A DNA stretch of 63,599 nt, the filler included, from Basidiobolus meristosporus CBS 931.73 (lineage: Eukaryota > Fungi > Basidiobolomycota): the NCBI GenBank assembly GCA_002104905.1. It is 4 parts of 4 records of this genome, joined end to end, with 100 filler letters (N's around TTAATTAATTAA, not from the genome) between each part and the next. Parts side by side here need not be neighbours in the genome. Positions count along the whole stretch, not along the records: positions 13,411 to 33,422 come from MCFE01001016.1; 3 more parts are not named here. One strand, 5' to 3'. Shown piece after piece: positions 21,581 through 32,736 of the stretch (its first letter is position 1; every line of letters begins with the position of its first letter). The translations under genes and the position numbers were made by a program. The notes below the pieces were generated by a model that was not told the DNA's origin, made no database searches, and saw only the letters and a list, made by a program, of their open reading frames with translations.

Positions 21581-24500
21581 TGTTACGTACTTAAAGAGTA
21601 ATGTCCTTTAGAGAGTACGAAAAAGGGATAACCTATATGTTATCTTGTAGATTCAACGGGGTAGTGTAAGAATATCTCTTAAAAAGGTTAGGGTGGTGAC
21701 TTCGTAGAAATATATTCAAACTAATATTCGTTCCTACTACGCTCTTCTGCCTATAACCAAAACTCCCTTTTTATTTAGTTACTTGTTTGGTATTTATACC
21801 TTGTTGTGAGTCTGGTGATTTGTCTTTGATTTGTTTTTCCCTGGCTACTAAGTCGTCTTTGTATGCGTTGATGTCACTTAGCATCGAGTGACTCTTTACT
21901 CTGTAACAGATGGCCGGCTCTTTCTTAATCTACTTCCACGTAGATTTTCTTTTTGAGACTTCCTTCCGTTAATTATGCCATATTCGTACGCAATGTGTGC
22001 TTTTCTTGCTTATTTCGGGTATCAGCTTCTCGGAGTCTTTATAGGGCCGTAAGTGATCGATGTTTACTGCAAATTGTAGGACTTCTCCTTGATCATCTTG
22101 TAGTAAGTATCCTCCTTTTTGTAGCTTTCTTCTTATTGTGTATGGTCCCTCCCATCGTTGTGCAAATTTGTCCGCTCTTCTATTGCTCACTATATACCTT
22201 AGGACTCTATCTCCTTCATTGAAGATCCGTGGCTGGGGTTGTTGTATGGATCGCAATATTCTTTTTTGTCTTCTTTCTTTTTCTGTTGTCATCGCAGTGA
22301 TTCTTACTTCTTGTAACGTATGTTGTATTTCTTGAAGTCGAATTTTCCATGAATCTTCTACTAATTGCGGTTCTTGCGGTTGCCAATTATCCGGAAGAGT
22401 TAGGTTGTATCCGAATAGTAAGTATGCTGGTGAGTATCCTGTTTCCTCGTGTCGCGTGGACCGGTATATTAATAGAACTTTGGTCAGTTCCAAGTCCCAG
22501 TTAGCAATTTCCTGTGTAAACTTTCCCAATAATCGTTTGATACTCTGATTCAATCGTTCTACTCGACCGTTACTTTTTGGTCGGTAAGCTGTACTGACAT
22601 GAGCTCTTATCCTTAGTTTCTCTAATAAGGTTGTGAAGATAATGCTGGTAAACTGTGTTCCTTGGTCACTGACCAGATGGCTTGGACATCCAAAAGTGGG
22701 AACAATCTCTGTAAGTAGGAAATCTACTACTGTTTCCGTTGTACTTTCTTTACAAGCTCTTGCTAATGGCCAGCGAGTAACGTAGTCCACACATACCAGA
22801 ATATATTGATTTCCGCGGTTTGTTTGCTTGATTGGTCCCATAAAGTCAATGCCTATGACTTCAAATGGCCGATTACATGCAATGTGTTCTTGTTCCAGGT
22901 AAGCAGGGGGAGGCTTATTCTGATATCTAATACATAGTGGACATTCTTGAACTACTTCTCGTACTGTTTCGTACAGTTGAGGTGCGCTGTATTTTTGCTT
23001 TACCAGGTCCCAGGTACGTGCAACTCCCAAATGGCATTGCTGATGAATCTCTTGCACCTCTTCTTTTCCCCGCCCTTCTGGCAACACCTCCCGGGTAGGT
23101 TGTCCTTGTAGGTATAATTTGCCATTTCTTTCTATAAATTTTCGACTAAGTCTTCTTATCGTGCATCTAATTTCTTTTGTGCAATTTTCTACCAATTTTC
23201 CTGTTTGTAAAAACAGTAGGACTGCGTGGTAATAAGGTAGTAGCAATCCTCTGATGTTCCTTTTTCTACTTTTTTTCTGAACCATAGTGCATATTTTCGT
23301 AGCGGTTTCTTCATCCCCTTGACATAACCTTGACAAAGGATCGGCTGGGTTGTTCTTTCCTCTTCGATGGTGAATTGAGAAATCGTATTCCATTAATATC
23401 ATACTCCAGCGGGCTATTCTGCCAATTGGATTTGGCATATTAAATATACTTATTAGGGCCTTGTGGTCAGTATATATTTGGAATTTCCGTCCCAATAAAT
23501 AATGTCGAAAATGCTTCACCGCCCATACTACTGCAAGTCCTTCTAGATGGGAACTTGAATAGTTTTTTTCTGCTCCTTGTGTAGAGCGACTTGCAAAACG
23601 TATTACGCGTTCCTTTCCTTGCTCATCCAACTGCGATAATATTGCACCTAGTCCTTGTTTTGACGCATCCGTTGTGACTATAAATTCTTGCTCGTAATTT
23701 GGATATGCTAGAATTGGTGTATTGCATAATAATTTCTTCAATTTTTCGAATGTTTGTTGCTCTTTTTCCGTCCACGTGAATGGATTGTCCCTTCGAGTTA
23801 ATTGAAATAGTGGTTGTGCTACTACTGCAAAGTTTTGAATAAACATTCGGAAGTATCCCACGGATTGGAGAAATGATAAGACTTCGTTTTTGTTTTGAGG
23901 TGGTCGCATAGATAAATATTTTTCTACTTTTTCTGGGTCTGTTTCTAGGCCATTGAATGTTATTATATGGCCCAAGTACCGTAGCTGTTGCTGCAAAAAT
24001 TGGCATTTCTTCTCTTTTAATTTGAGCCCTTTTTCTTCCAAGATTGTAAGTACGGATTCCAGATGTGTAAGGTGTTCCTCAATCGTCTTGGAATATATTA
24101 TTATATCATCCAAGAAAATTAACACGTATTTCCATAAAATATCCTGGAAGGCTTGGTTCATTGCGCGTTGGAAAGTGGCTGGAGCGTTTGTTAGTCCGAA
24201 GGGCATAACTTTAAATTCGTATAACCCATATCTTGTAACAAATGCTGTCTTCTCTTGGCTTCCCGGATCCATTAAAACTTGCCAGTATCCTGATGCTGCA
24301 TCTAGGGTTGAATAGTATTTTGCATTTATCAATGCATCCCATAATTCTTCTATTCGAGGGAGTGGGTACGCATCTCTTTGAGTAACAGCATTTAGTTTTC
24401 GATAATCCACACAGAAACGGAATGTTCCATCCTTCTTTCGCACCAGCACTACTGGGGCTGCCCATGGTGATTGCGATGGTTCAATGATATTGTTTCTTAG

Positions 24501-26684
24501 CATCTTCAAGATTTCATCTTGTATGTATTCATTTTCTTTCTTTGATACTCGGTAATATGTTTGTCTTATCGGAGCCGCCAACTTTGTATTTATTTCGTGT
24601 CTTACACCTCGTAGTTGACCTAGATCTTTGATGTCCTCGGCAAATATGTTAGCAAATTTCCTTAATAAGGTACCTATTTGTTCCTTTTCTTCTACTAAGA
24701 CTTTTGGAGTTTTTTCCTTTTTTTCCATTGGTCTAATCATGATAAGCGAGATTTGTTCCTCTTCCTGCTCCGTCCCCTTGCGTCTAGTAATAATTGGTAT
24801 CTTACATCTTCCTTCTGGGGTTCCAAACGATAACTCCTTCATCGCAAAGTCCAGTTGAATTTGGTATTTTTCGATCCAATCCATCCCTAATAGCAAGTTG
24901 CATGTGGGTTGATCGATAACTACCAAAGAATTTGGTAATACATAGTGGTCAATTGAAAGAGGAACATTTGGCACTATGCGCTTGCTTAAAAGTAGTTGTC
25001 CTCCAAAGTTACGCACCTGTCGTGGGCAAGTATCCTGAGTTTTCAGCTGTAACTTTTGTTGCAAGTCTGCCGAAATAATACTACAGTTTGCCCCAGTGTC
25101 TATAACAACCGGATATTGCTTCTCATTGATACTTATAAGTATTCGTGCTACTCGAATATCCTCTTGCGGTTGTTCCTCAGCCTTTTCTTGTATATGATTC
25201 ATATGTTGTTCCGTGTGGTTTAACTCTCGTTTCAACATAGGCCACTTTAAAAGACTTCGAATTGGAACAGGGATTTCCTGATTCCTTATTTGGTTTGCGA
25301 CTTGGGTGACATCCATTGATGTTGTTACGCCAGATGGTTTTATCGTTCCCCCTCCAGTTTCTATTATCATGCGTTCTGTTTTTGGGGATTCATCCCTTTG
25401 TATCCATTGTCTTTTTTCCAACATATATATAGAATCTGTCATGTCTTCTACTACGTTGACCTCTGAATGGCCCCGATATTTGCCTTCCTCTTGCGAGGTA
25501 TTTCCTTCTCTTTGTGTATTTGTTCCTGCAGTTGGTACTAACTTGAAATAAGGACAGTCCCTCAACATATGTCCGGGTTCTCTACAACCAAAGCATCTTC
25601 GTTCCCTTCTTGGAGAGTTGTGGTTTGAACTGGGGATAGAACTAGAATTTGTCTTCTGACTGGCTAACAAATTAAGTTCCATTCGATCAAATTTAGCTGC
25701 CAGTTTATCCAGTTGACTATCCCATGACGTTGTTGGCGGAGTTGATAATGTTGCATGTGTTTTCTCATTGATATTTTCCTTTGTCTGGCCTCCTAGACAT
25801 TGTTCCTCCTCCTCAGCAAAAGCAATTGCTTCACCCAGAGTTGTGGGTCTACGTTTTCTGACCTCCATTCGGATCTTAGAGTGAAGAACATCAAGAAACA
25901 CTTCGATCTTATCTTCCTCCAGGGAGTATCCCAACCTTGCAAATAATCTTAATACTTTTGCGGCAATTTCCGCTACTGATTCATCTTTCTGTCGTAAATT
26001 CTTCAGGTTTTGACGCCATGCATCCATTCTTGCCATTGTAACGTATTTTTCCTTGAATCTTTGCTTAAAGGTTTCCCAATCTGTCAAAAGCCCTTCATTT
26101 TCTTCATACCAAGTAGCTGCCAGTTCCTTCATGTAAGCACCTGCAATCGTTGGAAGATCTGCTAGATCCCATCGATTTGCTTTTTGACTTACTTCACATT
26201 CCCGTAGCCAAGCAATAGGATCTTCGGTCTGATATCCCGAGAAATTGCTAATTGTGACCAGTCTTCGTTCCCGTTGTAGCGTGGTCATCTTCCGTTCTTT
26301 TAGTAAGAGATAGATTCCTTTTGTTTAATACTACCCCCTGCTGTGAGCACCAATTCTGTTACGTACTTAAAGAGTAATGTCCTTTAGAGAGTACGAAAAA
26401 GGGATAACCTATATGTTATCTTGTAGATTCAACGGGGTAGTGTAAGAATATCTCTTAAAAAGGTTAGGGTGGTGACTTCGTAGAAATATATTCAAACTAA
26501 TATTCGTTCCTACTACGCTCTTCTGCCTATAACCAAAACTCCCTTTTTATTTAGTTACTTGTTTGGTATTTATACCTTGTTGTGAGTCTGGTGATTTGTC
26601 TTTGATTTGTTTTTCCCTGGCTACTAAGTCGTCTTTGTATGCGTTGATGTCACTTAGCATCGAGTGACTCTTTACTCTGTAACA
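21581..26684 (-). mobile_element. Intact Ty3/gypsy LTR retrotransposon (5104 bp), 4-bp TSD GTTG, inserted 10 bp upstream of tRNA-Pro
   Basis: 328-bp LTRs TGTTAC...GTAACA at 21581-21908 and 26357-26684, identical by eye; GTTG at 21577-21580 and 26685-26688; PBS-like TGGTGCTCACAGCAGGG 4 nt inside the 5' LTR. Confidence 0.95.
21969..26288 (-). CDS. Single-ORF Gag-Pol polyprotein, 1439 aa
   Basis: Gag, knuckle CFGCREPGHMLRDC, protease IDTGA, RT FLDD, RNaseH TDAS, integrase HHCC plus GIDFMGP/SDQG/VERLN and GPY; no chromodomain seen. Confidence 0.95.
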   Translation of the reverse strand: MTTLQRERRLVTISNFSGYQTEDPIAWLRECEVSQKANRWDLADLPTIAGAYMKELAATWYEENEGLLTDWETFKQRFKEKYVTMARMDAWRQNLKNLRQKDESVAEIAAKVLRLFARLGYSLEEDKIEVFLDVLHSKIRMEVRKRRPTTLGEAIAFAEEEEQCLGGQTKENINEKTHATLSTPPTTSWDSQLDKLAAKFDRMELNLLASQKTNSSSIPSSNHNSPRRERRCFGCREPGHMLRDCPYFKLVPTAGTNTQREGNTSQEEGKYRGHSEVNVVEDMTDSIYMLEKRQWIQRDESPKTERMIIETGGGTIKPSGVTTSMDVTQVANQIRNQEIPVPIRSLLKWPMLKRELNHTEQHMNHIQEKAEEQPQEDIRVARILISINEKQYPVVIDTGANCSIISADLQQKLQLKTQDTCPRQVRNFGGQLLLSKRIVPNVPLSIDHYVLPNSLVVIDQPTCNLLLGMDWIEKYQIQLDFAMKELSFGTPEGRCKIPIITRRKGTEQEEEQISLIMIRPMEKKEKTPKVLVEEKEQIGTLLRKFANIFAEDIKDLGQLRGVRHEINTKLAAPIRQTYYRVSKKENEYIQDEILKMLRNNIIEPSQSPWAAPVVLVRKKDGTFRFCVDYRKLNAVTQRDAYPLPRIEELWDALINAKYYSTLDAASGYWQVLMDPGSQEKTAFVTRYGLYEFKVMPFGLTNAPATFQRAMNQAFQDILWKYVLIFLDDIIIYSKTIEEHLTHLESVLTILEEKGLKLKEKKCQFLQQQLRYLGHIITFNGLETDPEKVEKYLSMRPPQNKNEVLSFLQSVGYFRMFIQNFAVVAQPLFQLTRRDNPFTWTEKEQQTFEKLKKLLCNTPILAYPNYEQEFIVTTDASKQGLGAILSQLDEQGKERVIRFASRSTQGAEKNYSSSHLEGLAVVWAVKHFRHYLLGRKFQIYTDHKALISIFNMPNPIGRIARWSMILMEYDFSIHHRRGKNNPADPLSRLCQGDEETATKICTMVQKKSRKRNIRGLLLPYYHAVLLFLQTGKLVENCTKEIRCTIRRLSRKFIERNGKLYLQGQPTREVLPEGRGKEEVQEIHQQCHLGVARTWDLVKQKYSAPQLYETVREVVQECPLCIRYQNKPPPAYLEQEHIACNRPFEVIGIDFMGPIKQTNRGNQYILVCVDYVTRWPLARACKESTTETVVDFLLTEIVPTFGCPSHLVSDQGTQFTSIIFTTLLEKLRIRAHVSTAYRPKSNGRVERLNQSIKRLLGKFTQEIANWDLELTKVLLIYRSTRHEETGYSPAYLLFGYNLTLPDNWQPQEPQLVEDSWKIRLQEIQHTLQEVRITAMTTEKERRQKRILRSIQQPQPRIFNEGDRVLRYIVSNRRADKFAQRWEGPYTIRRKLQKGGYLLQDDQGEVLQFAVNIDHLRPYKDSEKLIPEISKKSTHCVRIWHN

Positions 26685-26694
26685 GTTGAAAGAC

Positions 26695-26766
26695 GGCTCA
26701 ATGGTCTAGTAGTATGATTCCTCGTTTGGGTCGAGGAGGTCCCGGGTTCAATTCCCGGTTGAGCCC
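26695..26766 (+). tRNA. tRNA-Pro(TGG)
   Basis: GGCTCAA/TTGAGCC acceptor stem, anticodon arm CCTCG-TTTGGGT-CGAGG, GGTTCAATTCC B-box, followed by a TTTT terminator. Confidence 0.95.
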
Positions 26767-27858
26767 TTTTAATCAGAAAACGAAATAATATTTTTGGATT
26801 TGCGATTTGATAATGTTTGCAAGTCATCCTACATGGAATGTTTACACTTTATAATGTCATCTACATTATCCTATGGGGAATTGTAGATTTGTTTCTTGAG
26901 TGCTTTTGGTGTTCTCTCAACCAACTGTCAAGTTTATTACTCAATGCTTATATTACTGTTGCTGCCACCATTTTATTTCATTCCTGTCAGTATGAAAGGC
27001 ATCACTACTATGGACGACAGGTTTGGTACTAGAATACTTTTTTCGCATAGGATATTATTGAACCTTACTATGATACTGTGTCCGTTAGGGTCATCAAGCG
27101 GCCATGGCATATTTGTTGTTTTCCGCAAAAAACATTTGGCACAAGTAAAGCAACTAACATTTAGGAATACTGGATACCGTCTTTTATCAAGATACAATTA
27201 ATGAGTTAGAATATTCAATTGGCAAATAGCAACACACAATGCTTAAGAACGACCCAACAGGGAAAATAGTACGTAATGTTAACTGATTTGGGAAGAATCA
27301 AAGAGAGGCTCTACAAAGAAAGTTCAAGGTGTTAGGTATTAGTTACCAAGGCCTCTATTGGACAATCAATTACCTCTCTTTATTGGAAAAGCTACTTACA
27401 GGATAGCGTATCTTAGGATGAGTGTATTGTGCTGGCATATATCAGCATTTTAAGGCGTTGCACTCGGGACGAATTAAGATCAACACTCGACTTGGTACTC
27501 ATTGTTCATTAGTATGCATTGATTTTCATTTGATCTGAGTCTTTACCTGACTTGCGACCATATACACAAATCGTATTTGTCATTCACACTTCCTTATAAC
27601 AAATAACTCCAGAGTTCCTGTTGCAGTTCTCTGCATGATTAAAGTTGGGGAATCTAGATTTTATTTCAGAGTAAATAAAAATCGAAGTTAAGGGGTGCCA
27701 AGAGAGTTTTTGTTGCCTGTCAAGGAAAGGGCCAGTCCAAATACGTATATAAAGGTACAATCTGCAAAGTTTCTGAATTACGTTGTACAATTACTAGGGC
27801 AAGACTTTTCTTAAGTAATCTTGAATGATTGATAATACCAGACTAAGGTTAATACGAG

Positions 27859-28182
27859 TGTTACGTACTTGAGTAATGTCCTTTAGAGAGTACGAAAAGG
27901 GATAACGTATATGTTATCTTGTAGATTCGACGGGGTAGTGTAAGAATATCTCTTAAAAAGGTTAGGGTGGTGACTTTGTAGAAATATATTCAAGCTAATA
28001 TTCGTTCCTACTACGCTCTTCTGCCTATAACCAAAACTCCCTTTTTATTTAGTTACTTGTTTGGTATTTATACCTTGTTGTGAGTCTGGTGATTTGTCTT
28101 TGATTTGCTTTTCCCTGGCTACTAAGTTGTCTTTGTATGCGTTGATGTCACTTAACATCGAGTGACTCTTTACTCTGTAACA
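27859..28182 (-). repeat. Solo LTR of the tRNA-targeting Ty3 family, 4-bp TSD CGAG, 7 bp upstream of tRNA-Thr
   Basis: 324 bp; about 7 substitutions and 2 small indels versus 26357-26684; CGAG at 27855-27858 and 28183-28186. Confidence 0.93.
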
Positions 28183-28189
28183 CGAGCTA

Positions 28190-28261
28190 GCCTGCTTAGC
28201 GCAGTGGTAGCGCGTCAGTCTCGTAAACTGAAGGTCGCCAGTTCAATCCTGGCAGTAGGCA
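28190..28261 (+). tRNA. tRNA-Thr(CGT)
   Basis: Full cloverleaf: GCCTGCT/AGTAGGC, D stem GCGC/GCGC, TCAGT-CTCGTAA-ACTGA, GCCAG-TTCAATC-CTGGC; T-run at 28264-28269. Confidence 0.9.
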
Positions 28262-28357
28262 TGATTTTTCAATTTTTGTTATTGGGATCGTGAAGATTTT
28301 GAAAACAACCCAATATCTTTGTATCCCATAATTTCTTTTACGTACGCATTATAAGCG

Positions 28358-28365
28358 TATATAGA
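28358..28365 (+). promoter_or_regulatory. TATA-like element about 29 nt upstream of U6
   Basis: TATATAGA at the expected position for a U6 Pol III promoter. Confidence 0.55.
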
Positions 28366-28386
28366 GTGGTATAGACTTAGTCCTAC

Positions 28387-28417
28387 GTCAAGTTCTTCGG
28401 AACCTCTGACACTTGAA

Positions 28418-28448
<31 letters not shown>

Positions 28449-28509
28449 GGCCCCTGCACAAGGATGACACGTAAATCTTGAGTGGACACCTCTTCGGAGG
28501 AAATTTTTT
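28387..28509 (+). ncRNA. U6: U6 spliceosomal snRNA
   Basis: Invariant core AATTGGAACGATACAGAGAAGATTAGCATGGCCCCTGCACAAGGATGACAC, 5' UUCG hairpin, 3' T6 terminator. Confidence 0.95.
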
Positions 28510-29510
28510 CGAGGAATGCTCTATGAATTATACACCCATCAAAGGTTGATATGTTGAAGTGGTAAAACAAACATACTATCAGTGTTAGATTAACTGGAAT
28601 TTCAGATATTGTCAGTCCTCATATATCTTTAATAATTCCATTCTAAAATCACAATACTATTTTTCAGCCCAACCTTCCTATTAAAACTTGGTAGTAAAGG
28701 CATCATATATGCCCCACTTGCTTGTAATCTCTAAGCCTGTTTACATATCAGTTTAATGTCTTACACATATTTTCTAATATTAAAAGTACTTTCCAGGTAC
28801 TATTTATGTCTGATTTGTTGTATAGTGATGGGGATTCTGACATAGAGAACTTAAACTGCAGAAGAACTTGCATACTTATAATACTTCATAAATATAAGTA
28901 ACTGACATGCCAAACAAATATGTTTTGATGTGACTATTTGGCTTAACCCTGAAACCTTCATATAAATTAAGCTTCCACCTAGCTTAATGCTTAAGTAATC
29001 ATTGTTGTAAATTTTGTAATTACATCTGTATACTCACCTAACCTAGTCACTTAGATTACTCAGGGTTAGGGGGATGATAATCACTAGACTTGTTCTGTTG
29101 GATAGTGCTACATAGTGCCAGATTGATATGGCACTCCACAGCACTATCAGTTATTATAATTGCTACCTTGATGCCAATGGTAGGATACAGTTACTGGTAA
29201 TTCTACTAAATCTTACTTGAGTTGCTCAGAATAATGCATTCTTGCTCTATTTACTCTTTATAATTCTCCAGACACCTTTCTTTTGGTGGATATCTTCTTA
29301 TATGAGTATATTCTGCATTAAGGAGTATCTAATCTATTTTATATATTCTACTGCTTTTGCATATATATGACTTTTCTTTGTATTTACCTGTTACTTTGCT
29401 AAAGCTCTTTATACATCCAAATGTATGCTTTACTCTCACTCTGAAATGATTAAATATCCCATTGTAGAGCTTCTGCTTCCTGCTAAGCACACCATTCCTT
29501 GGCTTCCTAT

Positions 29511-30456
29511 TGTTGTAAGAGTCTTGGAGACATTGGAAGTGATTGGGAGAACAAGCAGATTATGTGGTTTTCACTTGATCATATATTGAATGTAAAAGTA
29601 GTATTTATACTTTTAAATGGTCTTGGCATAGAAAGCCCATAGAGTATGTCTAGGAAGATCCCAACAACATGTGTGCAAAGTTTGGGGCTGTTTGAACAAC
29701 TTTGAGAGTTTTCATGTCTTGGGTACCTGATATTCTGGTGAAAATATTCTAAGTAAATCCCAACAAGGATTTTGGTTAGTATTCTCTGAGATTCAAAGGT
29801 AATGATCTAAGCAACAAAGCTGGGCAAGTATTTAGGTGGAATTAAAAATCTTTTACAACACTCCCACTCAACTAAATGTTCATACTGACTAGTCCTGATT
29901 TAGACCTAAGATATTCAAACTTGTCTCTAGCTACTGGTTTGGTAAATATGTCTGCAATCATTTCATCTGTAGGACAGCATGCTAAGTTAACTAAGTTATT
30001 CTCTATAGCTTCACATATGAAATAATGTCTAATATATATGTGCTTAGTTCTATGGTGTATCCTGTGGTGAATCATCTGTCTTCAAAATTTTGTCCCCAAT
30101 CAGCATCAGAGTATCCCACAAGATCCTGTTCTGAATTCTTACAAGTGTAGCTTAAGCAGATATCAACAGTTCCTTTTAGGTATCTACAAATCCACTTAAC
30201 TGCTGCAATATGATTGGATCCCTAGCTCTGATTATGCTAGCTGACAACTTGCACTGAATATATGATATTTGGACATGTTCCAAGCACAATATACATCAGA
30301 CTGCTGACCATAAATTGATAAGGAAAGTCAGGGCTTTCAGATAGCACCAAGCTCTCTTGATTTGATTGAGTTTTGACCAAGTGAAGGTTTGTCTCCATTG
30401 GGGTAGCTGCCAGTTTACAGTCTTCCAGTTGGTACTTCTTTAGTATATATTGAATA
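29511..30456 (-). mobile_element. 3' remnant of a copia element (LTR 29511-29860, PPT, decayed RNaseH/RT)
   Basis: LTR TGTTG...CAACA, PPT GAGTGGGAG on minus, MIADIFTKP motif in ORF 29872-30075. Confidence 0.8.
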
Positions 30457-32570
30457 TGTTGTAAGAGTCTTGGAGATATTGGAAGTGATTTGGAGAACAA
30501 GTAGATTATGTGGTTTTCACTTAATGATTTATTGAATGTAAAAGTAGTATTTATACTTTTACCTGGTCTTGGCATTACAAGCACATAGAATAGGTTAAGG
30601 AAGGTCCCAAGAACATGTGTGCAAAGTTTGGGGCTGTTTGGACAACTTTGAGAATTTTCATGTTCTGGGTACCTGGTATTTTGGTGAAAATATTCTAAGT
30701 AAATCCCAACAAGGAATTTGGTCAGTATTCTCTAGGATTTGAAGGTGATGATCTAAGTGACTAAGTTAGGTGAATATTTAGGTGGAAATACAAATTTTTA
30801 CAACACTCCCACTCAGCTAAATGTTCATACTGACTAGTCCCAATTTTGACCTAAGATATTCAAACTTGTCTTTAGCTAATGGTTTGACAAATATGTCTGC
30901 AATCATTTCATCTGTAGGACAGTAAACTAAGCTAACTAAGTTATTCTCTATAGCTTCTTGTATGAAATGATGTCTAATATCTATGTGCTTGGCTCTAGCA
31001 TGAAAAGTTGGATTTCTACCTAATTGTATACATCCTTGGATATCTTGAAATAAAGTAATAGGCGTTTTTTGACATAGGCCTAAATCTGTAAAGAGCTTTC
31101 TTAACCACATTGCTTCTTTTGTAGCTTCACAGGCTGCCATATACTCTGCCTCTGTAGTAGAAAGTGCTACAGTTGGTTGCTTTCTTGAATTCTGTGAATT
31201 GGCTCCTTTACAGTAAAGAAAGGTGTATCCTGTGGTGGATCTTCTGTCTTCCAAATTTTGTCCCCAATCAGCATCAGAGTATCCCACAAGATCCTATTCT
31301 GAATCCTTATAAGTGTATCTTAAGCAGATATCAGCAGTTCCTTTTAGGTATCTAAAAATCCGCTTAACCGCTGCAATATGATCAGATCCATAATTCTGAT
31401 TATGTTGGCTGACAACTCCCACTGAATATGAGATATCTGGACGTGTTCCAAGCATGATATACATCAAACTGCCGGCCATAGATTGATAAGGAAAGTCAGG
31501 GCTTTCAGATGGCACCAAGCTCTCTTGATTTGGTTGAGTTTTGACCAAGTTAAGGTTTGTCTCCAATGGGGTAGCTGCCAGTTTACAGTCTTCCATTTTG
31601 TACTTCTTTAATATATCTTGAATATACTTGGATTGGCTTAGGGTGATAGTCTGGGTACTTCTGTCTATGGAGAACTTAATCCCTAAGTAGTAACTAAGTT
31701 CTCCTAGATTGGACATCTTGAACTCCTTAGATAGGCTAGATTTAGTCTCTTCCAATGTTTCTAGGTTATTAGCAGCTATAATAAGATCATCCACATATAG
31801 AGCTAATAGAACTGGATTTGCTCTATCTGGCTTATAGTATATACTATAGTCAGCATTACTCCTTTTGAAACTCAAAGATTCCAAATAAGAATCTATCTTG
31901 CAATTCCAGGCTCTTGGTGATTGTTTGAGACCATGTAGTGACTTTTAAAGCTTGCAGACCAAATGGGGGTTATCTTGGTCAACAAACCCATCAGGCTGGT
32001 CCATGTATATGTCCTCATCAAGTTCTCCATTCAAAAATGCAGTTTTTACATCCATTTGATGAATAAAAAACTTATATTTGGCTGCAATAGCCAATATTAA
32101 TCTGATGGAATTAAACTTGGCTACCGGTGCAAAGGTCTCAGTATAGTCAAGTCCTTTTGTTTGAGAATATCCTTTGGCTACAAGTCTTGCTTTGTATCTT
32201 TCAATTGTACCATCAGCCTTGTATTTTGTCTTGAAGACCCATCTGCATCCAATTGATTTTTGGTTGATTGGTAATTTGACTAAGTCCCAAGTTTGATTTT
32301 CCATCAGGGCCTGATATTCCTCAGGCATGGCAGATCTCCAAAACTTTGTCTGAGGGCTATTTAGGGCCTCTTTTACAGTCTGGGGTTCATCAATATGGAC
32401 TGAATAGGCATAGGCTAAGTTTGTACCCTCATTAATATAGTAATTTGAGCTATTTCTTGTCCAATTGGATCTCTGGGCATTTGATACTGGAATGATCACT
32501 TCTGGGATATTCCTGAGCACTGATTCTGGCTGAACCATGGTTGTAGAGTCCTCTGGAGTGAAAAAATTCT
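30457..32570 (-). pseudogene. Copia RT-RNaseH with 3' LTR (30457-30805), broken into three ORFs, nested in the older copia
   Basis: WDLVKLP, YKARLVAKG, HQMDVKTAFLNG, LYVDD, GYSDADW, STTEAEY, HIDIRHHF; integrase and gag missing. Confidence 0.88.
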
Positions 32571-32736
32571 CATTGTTTTACTCTGATTCAATCCTGACAA
32601 TTGGTGGACTTGAGATCAAATTTCTGTCATCATCTGATGTCATTTTTTGTGAGGTTAGGGGGAGGAAAGTCACCAAGTGGTGAAATCTTTATTTACTTAT
32701 GACAAGTATCTAAAGAAGCCAAGTTAATCTGAAGTT

